Positions 15,041-28,277 of a stretch of DNA of 64,000 bases are shown piece by piece. How positions within the stretch are numbered: position 1 is the stretch's first letter; each line of letters begins with the position of its first letter. A program made the translations under genes and the position numbers. The DNA is taken from the NCBI RefSeq assembly GCF_009914755.1, contig NC_060930.1, one strand, 5' to 3'. The notes below the pieces were generated by a model. That model was not told where the DNA came from. It made no database searches and worked only from the letters and a program-made list of their open reading frames with translations. This DNA is from the human T2T-CHM13v2.0 reference genome, Homo sapiens.

Positions 15041-15961
15041 TTAGGTAAGATGTAATACAACATCAGAACTATTAATAAAATTCCCTTTATGTGAAAAATG
15101 TTGTAAATAACACAAATACATCTTGAAATGGAAGAAAAAATTGATCAAGAATTAAAACACTTCTAAGCTAATGGTGTAAGGGCTTTGCAGACCTTATTGG
15201 GCCTGGCAGCGTGACAGCATCACATGTGTTGGCTGCAGAAACCTGCCTTCTCACTGGAACTAGCTTTCATTAATAGTGTTTGAGTTGTGCAGATCTTAAG
15301 GAATGCACCCTTGTTATAAAATGTCATTGCCTATATTCTCCATCTGAAGTGATCCTGTCTGAAGGTTAGTACTCTGCGGCCCTGACTGTTCTAAACAGAG
15401 CTTATATACTTGGTAGAAGTCAAAAACTAGGGGGAAAATTAGTGACATTAGCTTCATAAATGAACTGAACAAATAAACTAAAACTTTTTAAATGAAAGAG
15501 TATGAAATGTACTTGGAGGTATCAACACATAGAAGGGGGCTGTGGATATTTTTGCTTATTCTGAAGTTTGAAATTGTCTTTCAGTGATGGGAATGCCATT
15601 GGTGTGGACATTCTGGCTCCTGATCTCCGAGGTTTTTCAGAATGCAGGACAAGGATGTGTTCTTGCCTTTCACTTCCCCTTGGCCACAACATGCAGTAGT
15701 AACCTCTTTAATTAAGAGCGTTTTTGTTTGCTTGTTTTCCCCTGCATGGAACATCAGAAACTTTTGGTTTATCAAGGCAAGCTTTTCATGCAGCATTTAG
15801 CCTTTTTGTCCCAGAGCATCTGAAAACTGAATATTGTATATCTAGTTGGATGACTATTTCATCAAGACAAGAAACCACCAATACATTTACCTGAGATTTA
15901 AAAGCGTAGCATATATATATATGCTTGATTTTTGTTCTTCCTGATCCCCTGCACCTGATAG

Positions 15962-16657
<696 letters not shown>

Positions 16658-17155
16658 CACATTCTGCTTTTCTTATGTAAGCTCTGAACTGCTAAGTCGT
16701 AGTTTATTCAACAAATGACATAGGAATGTCTATTCATGATGAGTCTTGGTATAAAAGAGGATAGAATTAGTGAATACATTGTTCAATAATAAATCTCATC
16801 AACATTTTCTGATCAAAATGAAGTTTGTTAGTTTTCCTCTCAGTAGAAATGCATGGGCTAAAATACAGAAATAGTGATGATTGATGATGGTGATAATTCA
16901 CATCCATAAAATCTAGGGCTACAATAATTTGGCGGATTGAAAGGTCATTTTGGCAGGCCTACAGTTTTCTGTCAAGGATCCAGGAATACTTTATAAGGAA
17001 TTGTGAATGCCTGTCAGTCTTTTCTCCTATTGCAAGAAGGCTGACCAGTTTACACTTTATTAGTTTACTGTTTTGGACTTTTTATAAGTTATTAGTCTAA
17101 ATAAGTATTTTAGCTGGCTCTGAGTATGAATAACTCACTTTTTTCCTTTCCCTAG

Positions 17156-17323
17156 TGAAGAACAGTCCAGACTGGCAGCAAGAAAATATGCTAGAGTTGT
17201 ACAGAAGTTGGGTTTTCCAGCTAAGTTCTTGGACTTCAAGATTCAGAACATGGTGGGGAGCTGTGATGTGAAGTTTCCTATAAGGTTAGAAGGCCTTGTG
17301 CTCACCCACCAACAATTTAGTAG
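17156..17323 (+). CDS. TBP: TBP exon 6
   Basis: cctag|T GAA GAA CAG... [57 protein letters not shown]|gtaagt; 168 nt. Confidence 0.98.
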
Positions 17324-18101
17324 GTAAGTCTGAAATGTATTATGATTGTTATTGGCAACAGTTCATTTATAATCTAAACATTGTTCAGAATAAAACACAT
17401 GCAAAATATTCAGTATATGAGAACAGTTGACATGGTTATAGTTGTATGTATTCTTGCATTGTCTTCCTGATGTTCTCAGTCATATTTATCACCCTCACCA
17501 GCCTCTGCTTCCCTTATCACTTTGCGGTACCCATAACTCCCCTTTACTGGAATGAATTTGATTCTACTTCTGTATGTTTTATCGTTTTATTGCTGAATAC
17601 ACTTGGAATGCATGAATTGACCCTAACCTCTTGTATCAATTTTTTTTCCCAGTTTGGATCTTCTCTTTTAGTCAACATTGTGTCAGATCTACCAGCAAAG
17701 TGTGAAGTTGAGCGATAGGAACAACTTTCTAATTATCTTCCCTGCTACTTGCAGGTGAAGACTCACAGGCAGGCAGCCCTGCCCACCTCACTGCTTCATC
17801 TCATGGTCTTCTGGTGTCTGTTCACAGGCACATTAGTTCTGTGTGCCCCTGGGGCTCACTTGGTTCCTCCTGCCCTAGGCCTTTGCACTTGCCACTTTTA
17901 TGCCTAGTATGCTCATTTCCCTTTTCACCTAGGAAGCTCCCACTTGAGTTCCATATGTCTACCCATTCCACTCTTCCTCAGAGAAGCCTGTCCTGAATTT
18001 TGTCTTAGGTCAGACACACAGAAACAGAGGCATCCTGTTTTCAGTCTCTCCGAACTGAGAAAAATGAGATTACTAGGCTTAGAAGAATATGTACCAGGCC
18101 T

Positions 18102-18390
18102 GGCCTGGTGGCTCACACCTGTAATCCCAGCATTTTGGGAGGCCGAGGCAGGCAGATCAGTTGAGTTCAGGAGTTCAAGACCAGCCTGGCCAACATGGTG
18201 AAACCTCGTCTTTACTAAAAATACAAAAATTAGCTGGACATGGTGGTGCATGCCTGTAATCCCAGTTACATGGGAGGCTGAGGCAGGACAATCATTCGAA
18301 CCCAGGAGATGGAGGTTGCAGTGAGCCAAGATCGTGCCACTGTACTCCAGCCTGGGCGACACAGCAAGACTCCGTCTCAAAAAAAAAAAG
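18102..18390 (+). mobile_element. Alu (AluS-like)
   Basis: Alu consensus with poly(A); flanking 'aagaatat(g/a)tacca' TSD. Confidence 0.92.
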
Positions 18391-18955
18391 AATATATACC
18401 AATAGTCCATTCAGTCAGACAGCTTAATCAGGTATAGGTTAATTCTCAGGCTAGTATATAAGTTTGATTAAATTTCCTGACCACAATTGTCAGCTAGAGA
18501 ATATTTCAATTTAAGGAGGTAAGATATGATTAAAAGTTAAACTGTCAGTATTGGATCTTAGAAGTAAATGATTATTAGGACTGTAATAGTAATTATTAGG
18601 ACTGTAAAAGTAAAGGATTATTATCTGCATTAGATATCATTATATCTAATGATATAGAGACTGCAGACATAACTACAGGGCTCTTTTTCTTAAATCAGAA
18701 AATCCAGATTCAATAGAAATAGGGTAAAGTGATAGGAGGACAAATAGCCTTCCATCCAGTGGTTATCAACTGACGACTACAAGTCGGCCTCACTTGCTTT
18801 AATTATTCTATTCTATCCTTTGATGCTGCTTGAAGAACTGTGTTTTACCTCTTGACTAGTTTGTTTATTCAGTATTTTTCCTTGTACAGGTCCTCATTTT
18901 ATCTAAAAGCACACAAAGCTCTTGATTTCTAAACTTTTTGCAATTTTCCTTCTAG

Positions 18956-19050
18956 TTATGAGCCAGAGTTATTTCCTGGTTTAATCTACAGAATGATCAA
19001 ACCCAGAATTGTTCTCCTTATTTTTGTTTCTGGAAAAGTTGTATTAACAG
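18956..19050 (+). CDS. TBP: TBP exon 7
   Basis: tctag|T TAT GAG CCA... [32 protein letters not shown]|gtaagt; 95 nt. Confidence 0.98.
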
Positions 19051-19731
19051 GTAAGTTGTAACAGGAAGTAGTATCTGAAAGTTTGTAAGTGTTTTGAGTA
19101 TGGCATTTTCTCAGTGCTGAAAAGAAATTTCAGTGTTCGGACAGTGGGCTAGCTTCTTGTACAAAGGCCTCCCACCCAAAGTCTGATGAGAAACGTGCCC
19201 ACTAAAGGCACAGTGAGAGCAGGGAAGTCTGACCACAGCTCTGCAAGCAGACTTCCATTTACAGTGAGGAGGTGAGCATTGCATTGAACAAAAGATGGCG
19301 TTTTCACTTGGAATTAGTTATCTGAAGCTTTAGGATTCCTCAGCAATATGATTATGAGACAAGAAAGGAAGATTCAGAAATGAGTCTAGTTGAAGGCAGC
19401 AATTCAGAGAAGAAGATTCAGTTGTTATCATTGCCGTCCTGCTTGGTTTATGGCCTGGTTCAGGACCAAGGAGAGAAGTGTGAATACATGCCTCTTGAGC
19501 TATAGAATGAGACGCTGGAGTCACTAAGATGATTTTTTAAAAGTATTGTTTTATAAACAAAAATAAGATTGTGACAAGGGATTCCACCATTAATGTTTTC
19601 ATGCCTGTGCCTTAATCTGACTGGGTATGGTGAGAATTGTGCTTGCAGCTTTAAGGTAAGAATTTTACCATCTTAATATGTTAAGAAGTGCCATTTCAGT
19701 CTCTCATCTCTACTCCAACTTGTCTTCTTAG

Positions 19732-19811
19732 GTGCTAAAGTCAGAGCAGAAATTTATGAAGCATTTGAAAACATCTACCCTATTCTAAAGGGATTCAGGA
19801 AGACGACGTAA
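19732..19811 (+). CDS. TBP: TBP exon 8 coding part, to stop
   Basis: cttag|GT GCT AAA... [28 protein letters not shown]. Exon sum 54+443+88+92+168+95+80 = 1020 nt = 339 aa + stop. Confidence 0.98.
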
Positions 19812-20379
19812 TGGCTCTCATGTACCCTTGCCTCCCCCACCCCCTTCTTTTTTTTTTTTTAAACAAATCAGTTTGTTTTGGTACCTTTAAATGGTGGTGT
19901 TGTGAGAAGATGGATGTTGAGTTGCAGGGTGTGGCACCAGGTGATGCCCTTCTGTAAGTGCCCACCGCGGGATGCCGGGAAGGGGCATTATTTGTGCACT
20001 GAGAACACCGCGCAGCGTGACTGTGAGTTGCTCATACCGTGCTGCTATCTGGGCAGCGCTGCCCATTTATTTATATGTAGATTTTAAACACTGCTGTTGA
20101 CAAGTTGGTTTGAGGGAGAAAACTTTAAGTGTTAAAGCCACCTCTATAATTGATTGGACTTTTTAATTTTAATGTTTTTCCCCATGAACCACAGTTTTTA
20201 TATTTCTACCAGAAAAGTAAAAATCTTTTTTAAAAGTGTTGTTTTTCTAATTTATAACTCCTAGGGGTTATTTCTGTGCCAGACACATTCCACCTCTCCA
20301 GTATTGCAGGACAGAATATATGTGTTAATGAAAATGAATGGCTGTACATATTTTTTTCTTTCTTCAGAGTACTCTGTAC

Positions 20380-20385
20380 AATAAA
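20380..20385 (+). terminator. TBP: TBP polyadenylation signal
   Basis: AATAAA with upstream TGTA motifs (20343, 20375) and a downstream GT-rich tract (~20401-20415). Confidence 0.85.
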
Positions 20386-22557
20386 TGCAGTTTATAAAAG
20401 TGTTAGATTGTTGTTATACCTTGTAAGAGTCATGTGATCATACTGTTTTCTACAAAGTTGTATTTTAGATATAATGCCTGAAACCATTTTGGTGTTTGCT
20501 TCAGTCAATATTTCATTGTATGCTGCAATGAAAACAGATTAATGATCTGAGAACCTTCCATATATTGAGCAACTCCTGTTTTCTAGGTATTTTGCATACA
20601 ATGCCTGGAATCCTCACAAAGCTTCAGTTACGTTTTGTTCCTCTGTTGGAGGTGAGGAGATAAGGAAGCCCCAGCTGAGGGACTTGGCTGAGGTTACACA
20701 GCTAGTAAGTGGTAAAAATGAGTGAGTCCTTCAGGTGTAGAAGCTGGTGCCCTATCCACAGGCTGCCAACTCTCTGCAGTAACTTTTTTTTGCTTGTTTT
20801 GCAGTTTTTTTCTCATGGACTATCAGGTGGACATTTGTGGGTTCTTAGGTTTTATTGTTAGAGTGGTTTGTTGTTTTTAATTGTAAAAGTACATCTTCAG
20901 CTGACTCAGGAATAAAATCAGAAAGGGGAGGTCCTTCCTTCCTTTCTCTTCTGCCTCTTTCCCCAAGATAACGACCAGATTAGTGGGTATCTTCTAAGCC
21001 CTGTTCTGTCTATCTTCTGGGCATGGCATTTGATCCCATTTTTGGAAAAAAGAAATAATACATTCAATTTTATAGCTTTCCCTTTTTTCAGTCAATATAT
21101 CATAAACCTATTTCCATGATTGGGAATCTAGGATACTCTTCTTAGGTACCTTCACTTACTGAGCTATTCCTGTAATTATGGTCATTTACATGACCTCTAG
21201 TTTTTCAATATCATCAACAGCGCTGCAGGGAACATCCTTGTATGTGTATTTTTCGGATGAGTGCAGGTATTCATGTAGTAAACTTTCCTAGAAGAGGAAC
21301 TAAAGACTATACATTCTGAGTTTTAATCAGTTGATACCAGATTGCAGTCCAAAGAGAACGGTGCATGAAATGCCCTTTTCTTGCATTTTCCAATCATTAG
21401 TGATGCCAATAATGTATGGATTAATTGGAAAGACATCATTCCAATATTATCTCCTATCTAAGAAAGAAGTATCTCTTCATGTATGTAGGTCTTATGTTCC
21501 TCAGTAAAGTTTTGTACTTTTTTTCACACAGGGCTTTTATATTTCATAAGTATTACTTCCTTAATTCCTAAGTATAGTATCATTTCTGTTTTATTACTGG
21601 AAGTTTTTCCTAACACTTTAAAAGTTATTGTTGATAATATTTTTCTTATTCCGAGTTTACTGAACTCCTATTACTGCTGATTTAGTTGATTGCATTGAAA
21701 GTTCTAGGCATGTAATCATCTGTAAATAGTAATTTTATGTTTTCCTTTCCAACATTTATTTTTCCTATCAGTGCCTAGGACTTTAATGTATATAACTTAA
21801 AAAAAACATCTCTTAGAGTTGTAGCTACATATACAGGAAATCTAACAAATGTGTAGCATAATGTATTATACAAAGGCAGACACCCTTGCAGCCACCAACA
21901 AGGTCAAGAAACAATTTTGCTGCCTGTCCTAGAAGCCCCTCCTTATGGTCCTATCCAGACACACACTTCTGGCTTCCCTCAAGCAGTGACTATTATCCTG
22001 ACTCTCACGCATTTAAAGATAATTGAAGTTCCTCGTCCATCTCTTTTCTTTCCAATTTACAGGCCATTTAGTGTGTAGAGCTTCTCATAGTCTGGGGTTT
22101 GCTAGTTGGAAATTCATGGTGTAGTTTCCCTATTCTCTGTATTTCCTGCAAATTGGAAGCTGCTGTGTAATTCCTAGATCTATTAATTCATTAGTGGGTT
22201 GCAAAATGACATTTTAGTCATTTCATTTCTTTTTCATTTATTAATTTGAATACTTTTATAAAGTGTTGTGCTCCATATAGCAGAATACTTTCCCCTTTTA
22301 AGTTTTCAAGATAAAATGAGTTCATATTAATATGTCCAATTCAAAGCTCATAGGGTTTTTATTTTACCAATTGTATATCCAATTCAAATTCAAAGCTTAT
22401 AGGGTTTTTATTTAACCAATTCTGTATTACACTCTTCCTTCTACACTGAGAATTTTTAATTCTTAAAGACATAGGGGATGAGGAATTAGAATGTCCCATA
22501 ATTACTCATTTACTTTACGTATTTACTTTATCATTACTTTATCTGTTATATGTGCAA

Positions 22558-22800
22558 TTTTTTTTGAGACACGGTCTCTGTTGCCCAGGCTGGAGTGCAG
22601 TGGCACAATCATGGTTTGCTGCAGTCTCAAACTCCTGGGCTCAAGTGATCCACCTCAGCCTCTGGAGTAGCTAGCCAGGACTACGGGTGCACACCAACAC
22701 ACCCAGCTAATTTTTTTTAATTTTTGTAGAGACAAAGTCACTCAACTGTTGCCCAGGCTGTTCTTGAACTCTTAGGCTCAAGCCATCCTCCCACCTCCAC
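22558..22800 (-). mobile_element. Alu (AluJ-like)
   Basis: Reverse-complement Alu body. Confidence 0.85.
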
Positions 22801-24926
22801 CATAACATTCTTAAGAGTAACAAAAACACTATCACCAATATGATTGCCAAAAACACTTGGAACTTTTTTTTTTTTTGCTGTGATATCTGAAATTGCCAAA
22901 GGATATTCAGTATCTGAAATAAAAAGGCAAAGCTGAATATGCTGCTCTCTACAGCAGAGGGAGCTGCTGTGGCTGGACAGTATCTGAACCAAGCAGATCT
23001 TAAAACTTTGTAGGTGTTGAGAAATGGTGGATGCATGGACTGGCACCGTCTGTGGAGCCATGATTATGTAGGTGAGACTTGCTCATTATCTTGTAGTGTT
23101 TTAAAATGTCTTCACATTTCTAAAGGCAACTTGCTTAATGCATTTTTTAATTTAAATTTTTTATGTTGTACAGTTTATTTTAAATATAGTTGCTATTTTT
23201 TAACACAGATGCCAAGTCGGTGCTGTGAGATTTTCTTTCTGGTGATTTGGACCAGTTTGTCTCCCTCTTGATATATCCATCCCAAATGGAAAGGCCCTGT
23301 AAACTGTTACGATCATCTCCAGAGGTTAACTGGAATATACACCAATGACAGCTTGCCTGGGTATGCCAAAATACCTGCAAGAATGTCCACATCATCTGGT
23401 GATGTCCCCAAATAACAGTTTTTACCATAGAAAGATCGTTAACATGTTTGCTTTAAAAGTCATTAGCAGTCATAACGTACTTACAGATTCTGCCTATAAG
23501 GAATAATACATAATTTTAGATATAAAGGCCCCACTAGTCCAGGTTTCCTTATGCCACTGTGCTTCCTACTAAGTGTTGCGACCAGCTCTTGTCACTAGTT
23601 GATGACAACTTACTCCAGTAGCCACAGGGCTGTGACACCATAGTTATAGGTGATTTTCATAGATTTAGCCATCCCAGGTTCGAAACTAGTATCCTCTAGC
23701 TCTTAAGTAGCTGATAACCTCCCCATGGGAGAAACTCCATACTGCAGTTTCCCATATGGTGCTATGTATAACTATCTTATACAATTAATACAAATTGCAT
23801 ATGTATACTTATATAATATGGACTACTAGGACAGAACTTTTTAAATTACAAATAAAATAGCCAAGTAGACAATTACATTAGCAAGTGATGTTACCTATGA
23901 AAACGTGAGGATTTATGGTGGCAATGCATTTCAGTTAACAGGGATGTGTTAGGGGACAATGTGAGCCAATGTAGATTAAGGAAATAAGCCTGAGAAATTT
24001 ATCAGAATTAGCCGTCAGTATTCAAGCACTGATCAACAGCAATGTGTCTTAAGGGCAGGCATCACTGGTGCTGAGAGAACTGGGAATTGTCAACTGTGAG
24101 CTGCTAGGGGATGGAAGAAACCTTAGTGTAGTCTTAGGAGCCGCTTGCTTAAACAGATGTATCAGAAACATAATAGGCCAAGGGTCAGCCCTTTGAAAAC
24201 TGACTTCAGGGCCTTCCTTTCCTCAGGCTGCTGCCTCCTAGGCCAGACCCTTATTTTGGCTTACATTCCATAACCCTTGTATGTGCGATAGGGAACCTGT
24301 ATACAATGCTGACACGGAAAGGGAAGACCATCGCCTTTTGCCTTTCAGTGTCTCATCTGTAAGCAGGGCCGCCGGCTGACCAAGATCAGTTCTGAAGGTC
24401 CAGCCTCTTTAAATTCCAGTTCTGTGATCACAAAGCCACTGTTGTTCCTCATCCTGCCAACTGTGATACTGCTGCTTCAGAATTACTGGGTTTCCTGTTC
24501 ATCATACTCACCAACCTGAGGTTTGGTATTTCTCAAATATTCTGGGCTTCCAGTACATACTAGAGCCTGTGATAATCAGCTAATGATCAGACAAGTTTGT
24601 TGGGAGTTTTACCTAAGTATTTTTGTGTTTTAAAAACCTAGGGTGGGAAATGCTCAGAGTGAGATGGTTTGACTTCATTAGGCATATAACCCATTTTTAT
24701 TATAAAAAGAAATGCACATATAAGTAAAAAGACCATTTTAGTTAGTCCCACCATTCGTTGGTAACCAGTTCACTAAGTGTACATCTTTGCAGATTTCTGT
24801 GCATACATACAAATATTTTTACAAGAATAGGATCATACCATGAATACCACCTATAATGGTATGTCTGTTGTCAATATAGGTGTTATAATTAAGACTGTGT
24901 AGCCTTCCTCTGTGGATGTACCAAAA

Positions 24927-24932
24927 TTTATT
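24927..24932 (-). terminator. PDCD2: Candidate PDCD2 proximal poly(A) signal (more distal candidates at 24696-24701 and 23174-23179)
   Basis: TTTATT on + = AATAAA on -, about 180 nt past the stop codon. Confidence 0.6.
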
Positions 24933-25107
24933 TAATTCCCTGTCACTGGACACTTTTGTTTCACTAATAAGTAGACACTGTGTAAGCAATCCGTCAACAT
25001 CTCTGCACCTCTATTTTTGGTATAAGTATTTCCTTAGGATAAAATCCCAGAAATGGAATTGCAAGGTATAAAAGATTATTAACATTTTTCAAGGCTTTAA
25101 GATGCCT

Positions 25108-25266
25108 TTACGGTGTATCTGTTACATCCTGCTTCCACACAAATTCTTCTGTATAGCCAGTACCCAAGCTGCAGCTCTCAGCACAGGTGAAGACAGCCAG
25201 GATGCCCCAGTCAATGCTCTTGCCCAGTCTGTCAGCCTTCAGGTAGTTTAGGAGCTGAGGCATGAC
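25108..25266 (-). CDS. PDCD2: Programmed cell death 2, exon 6 (last coding exon)
   Basis: tctcag|GTC ATG CCT... [52 protein letters not shown]; 159 nt. Confidence 0.97.
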
Positions 25267-26406
25267 CTGAGAAGAGGGTGACACACAGTTAGAAAGCTGC
25301 TTCACAGCAGGGAGCACGAGACCTTCTCAGCCAGGATGATTATAGGGATCTTGGTCTTTCAATCCTCATACTACAAAGCAGGATTATAGACATTATACAA
25401 TTAACATGTTTAACAATCTAAAACTTCCTTATGACTTCAAAGCCCCTCTCACCTTCTGTTTGGTCTTTTCCATTTGAGAAAGAAGTTCACAAGTGGCTGT
25501 TAATGAATTATTTTCATTACTAATATGCCACTCAAAAGGGCTGAGGCTTCTATTTGGGCAACTTTTACTTTGTATCATTGCAGATGTTGTTACTCTTGAC
25601 TCAAGAAACACTAATTACTAGTAATGAATACAGAAAGGACATCTATCAATGTAGTTATAGAGACCAGAGAGGAATCTTAGAAGTAGTCTGACTCAAAGAG
25701 TGAATAGGCAGAATAGCCACCCTGATATGGAATCACTTTATACAAATCCTGTCACCTCAATTTGGACATTGAGAGCTTTGGCACTAAGAACCAAGCAGAG
25801 TTTTGTGTATGGTCCTCATAATTCCTTTTTTACCCAAAGAAACAAACCAATATTAGCTATGACTTTGGTAAGGTTAGTGAATCCATAGCTCAAGAGCATT
25901 TCCACCCTACCCAAATGGATTTTGATGCTAACAAATCCTTTTGGGCAGGGAAGGACATTTATCTTTAATGCTTATATCCATTTTTTCTAACAAATCCACA
26001 AACCAAGATTAAACAGTAAAGACTCCTCTCATAAAGTATATAGTCAAAGACTTTAATTACTAGAACAAGAAAGGAAGGTATACATTATTTAAAATAACAA
26101 AAGTTAACAGAGGCACTAATAATAATGACATAACCACACTGGAGGTGGAGAGCACTGTAGATATCCTCATTGTCACAGAAGTCAGTCAATAGACCGTGTC
26201 TGAAAACTAGGAAACAGAAAAAAACAAGACAGTTCCTTCCAGGGAACTAGCCCCAAGGTGAGGCAGGAAACTGATGATTTTCATTATAGGGTACCCTTCC
26301 ATACTGCCATGTTGACCCATGTGCACAAATTACCTTGGTGAAGTTTTTAATGTTTAAAAACAATCATGGTGATTACACACTAAATGGTCCTTATTTAAGG
26401 TCATAC

Positions 26407-26520
26407 CTGGAATTCCAATATTCTCTTGGCACCACAGGGGCAATCTGGAATATCCTTTTCTTGAGGAATATTTTCACCAGAAATCCAGATGGGGGCAATA
26501 CCTCTGCCATATCTAAGAAT
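26407..26520 (-). CDS. PDCD2: PDCD2 exon 5
   Basis: tttag|[38 protein letters not shown]|gtatga; 114 nt. Confidence 0.97.
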
Positions 26521-27550
26521 CTAAAATCAATGAAGATCATGTTCAAATAATCAATACCTTACCTATAAGTTGCCAATGGTAACATGCTATCTACTCCATG
26601 AATGTTCCTACTCTTGATGTAGCACTGACCCAAAAGGCATGTCACAGTTCCCCCATCAGACCTGGCTGTGCCAGTGTGCCACTAATGCCTTCTCAATCAC
26701 CTCAAAGTGATTATTTCAGTTTATCTGACTCAGAGGGCATCAAAATATATCTCCCAGATGATGCTTTTACTACCTAATGTTGGCAACTTAATCCTATGAA
26801 TATATTGTGAAGGGACTAAGAATGGCCTCTGCTCTAATTGCAGAATTCTGCCCAGAGTCTGTGCCTACCTTCATAGTTAAAAAATTTTAGGAGGGACAAA
26901 TACCAAGTGAAACATAGTGTTTTGAAAACTACTACAAACATAAGTAAATTTCACTGTAATAAGCTTCCTACAGCAACTGAGTGGTTTTCTGTATTTTGTC
27001 TAAAAGCATATGCATTGCTAAAAACTGCCTTAGTGTTTAAGACCTAGATCTATTCTTCCTGTGTATTTATTTGAACCAGTGACTGGTTTATGGGAGTTTA
27101 GTTTTCTTTCGTGATTTACGTTTATGGTAGGGGAGGTTAAGGAGAAAAATGTTAACATGTCACATTTTACAAGCCAAAGTTACCTGTTGGAAATGGGCAA
27201 AAATAACCTTTTTTCTTTCTGGCGGGGGGGCCAATGGTGCCTAAACCTCATGTACCTTAGGCAACATCTCATTCATCTCCCATCCCTGATGCTTGCTTTA
27301 GAAAATGAACCCTGTATGATAAACAGTATAACCTTTAGTCTTTTAGTAACTATTAAATGGATCAGCACTGCAAAACACCTTTCTACATGGCCCATCTGTG
27401 TGAGGAACTCCTCTAACAAGATAACAAAAGCCTGCTTTTATAGGCTCCTAAGGAACAGACTAATGTTACTATGAAGTTATTTCTTACAGATTATACTCAT
27501 AAAACATGGCCTGAAGAGAACACGATGAGGAGCTATGAGCTCCACTTTAC

Positions 27551-27654
27551 CTGTTCTGGTTCAAGGGCTATCTGAGTTTTAAACTTCTGAAAAATTTTAT
27601 CTTCCCTGGATTCATGTTTTGCCATGGAATCCAGTTCTTCCTCAAGTGCTTCAC
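27551..27654 (-). CDS. PDCD2: PDCD2 exon 4
   Basis: ttcag|(G)[34 protein letters not shown]|gtaaag; 104 nt. Confidence 0.97.
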
Positions 27655-27968
27655 CTGAAAAATCAACGTAACTATTATGAAAAACAGGAGTAATCCCCAC
27701 AACTTGACAATTCACACATGGAGAGGGGACCCACTTTTAATCAGATAGCTTTCCCTATTTATTCACTCATTCAAGTTGGACCATCTGAATTTCCAGGTAC
27801 TCCATCCAACTCTATTATATGGACTTCCATTTAGTGCATCTCCTTAAAGCTTCAAAATAACAGAATGGTCAAGGGCTTAGGACTGCCCAGCACATCACAG
27901 GACACCCAACAAATGTGAGCCCTTATCATTAGTATCCTCAGCTGGTAGGCTCACTCACTCAGTCATCA

Positions 27969-28277
<309 letters not shown>

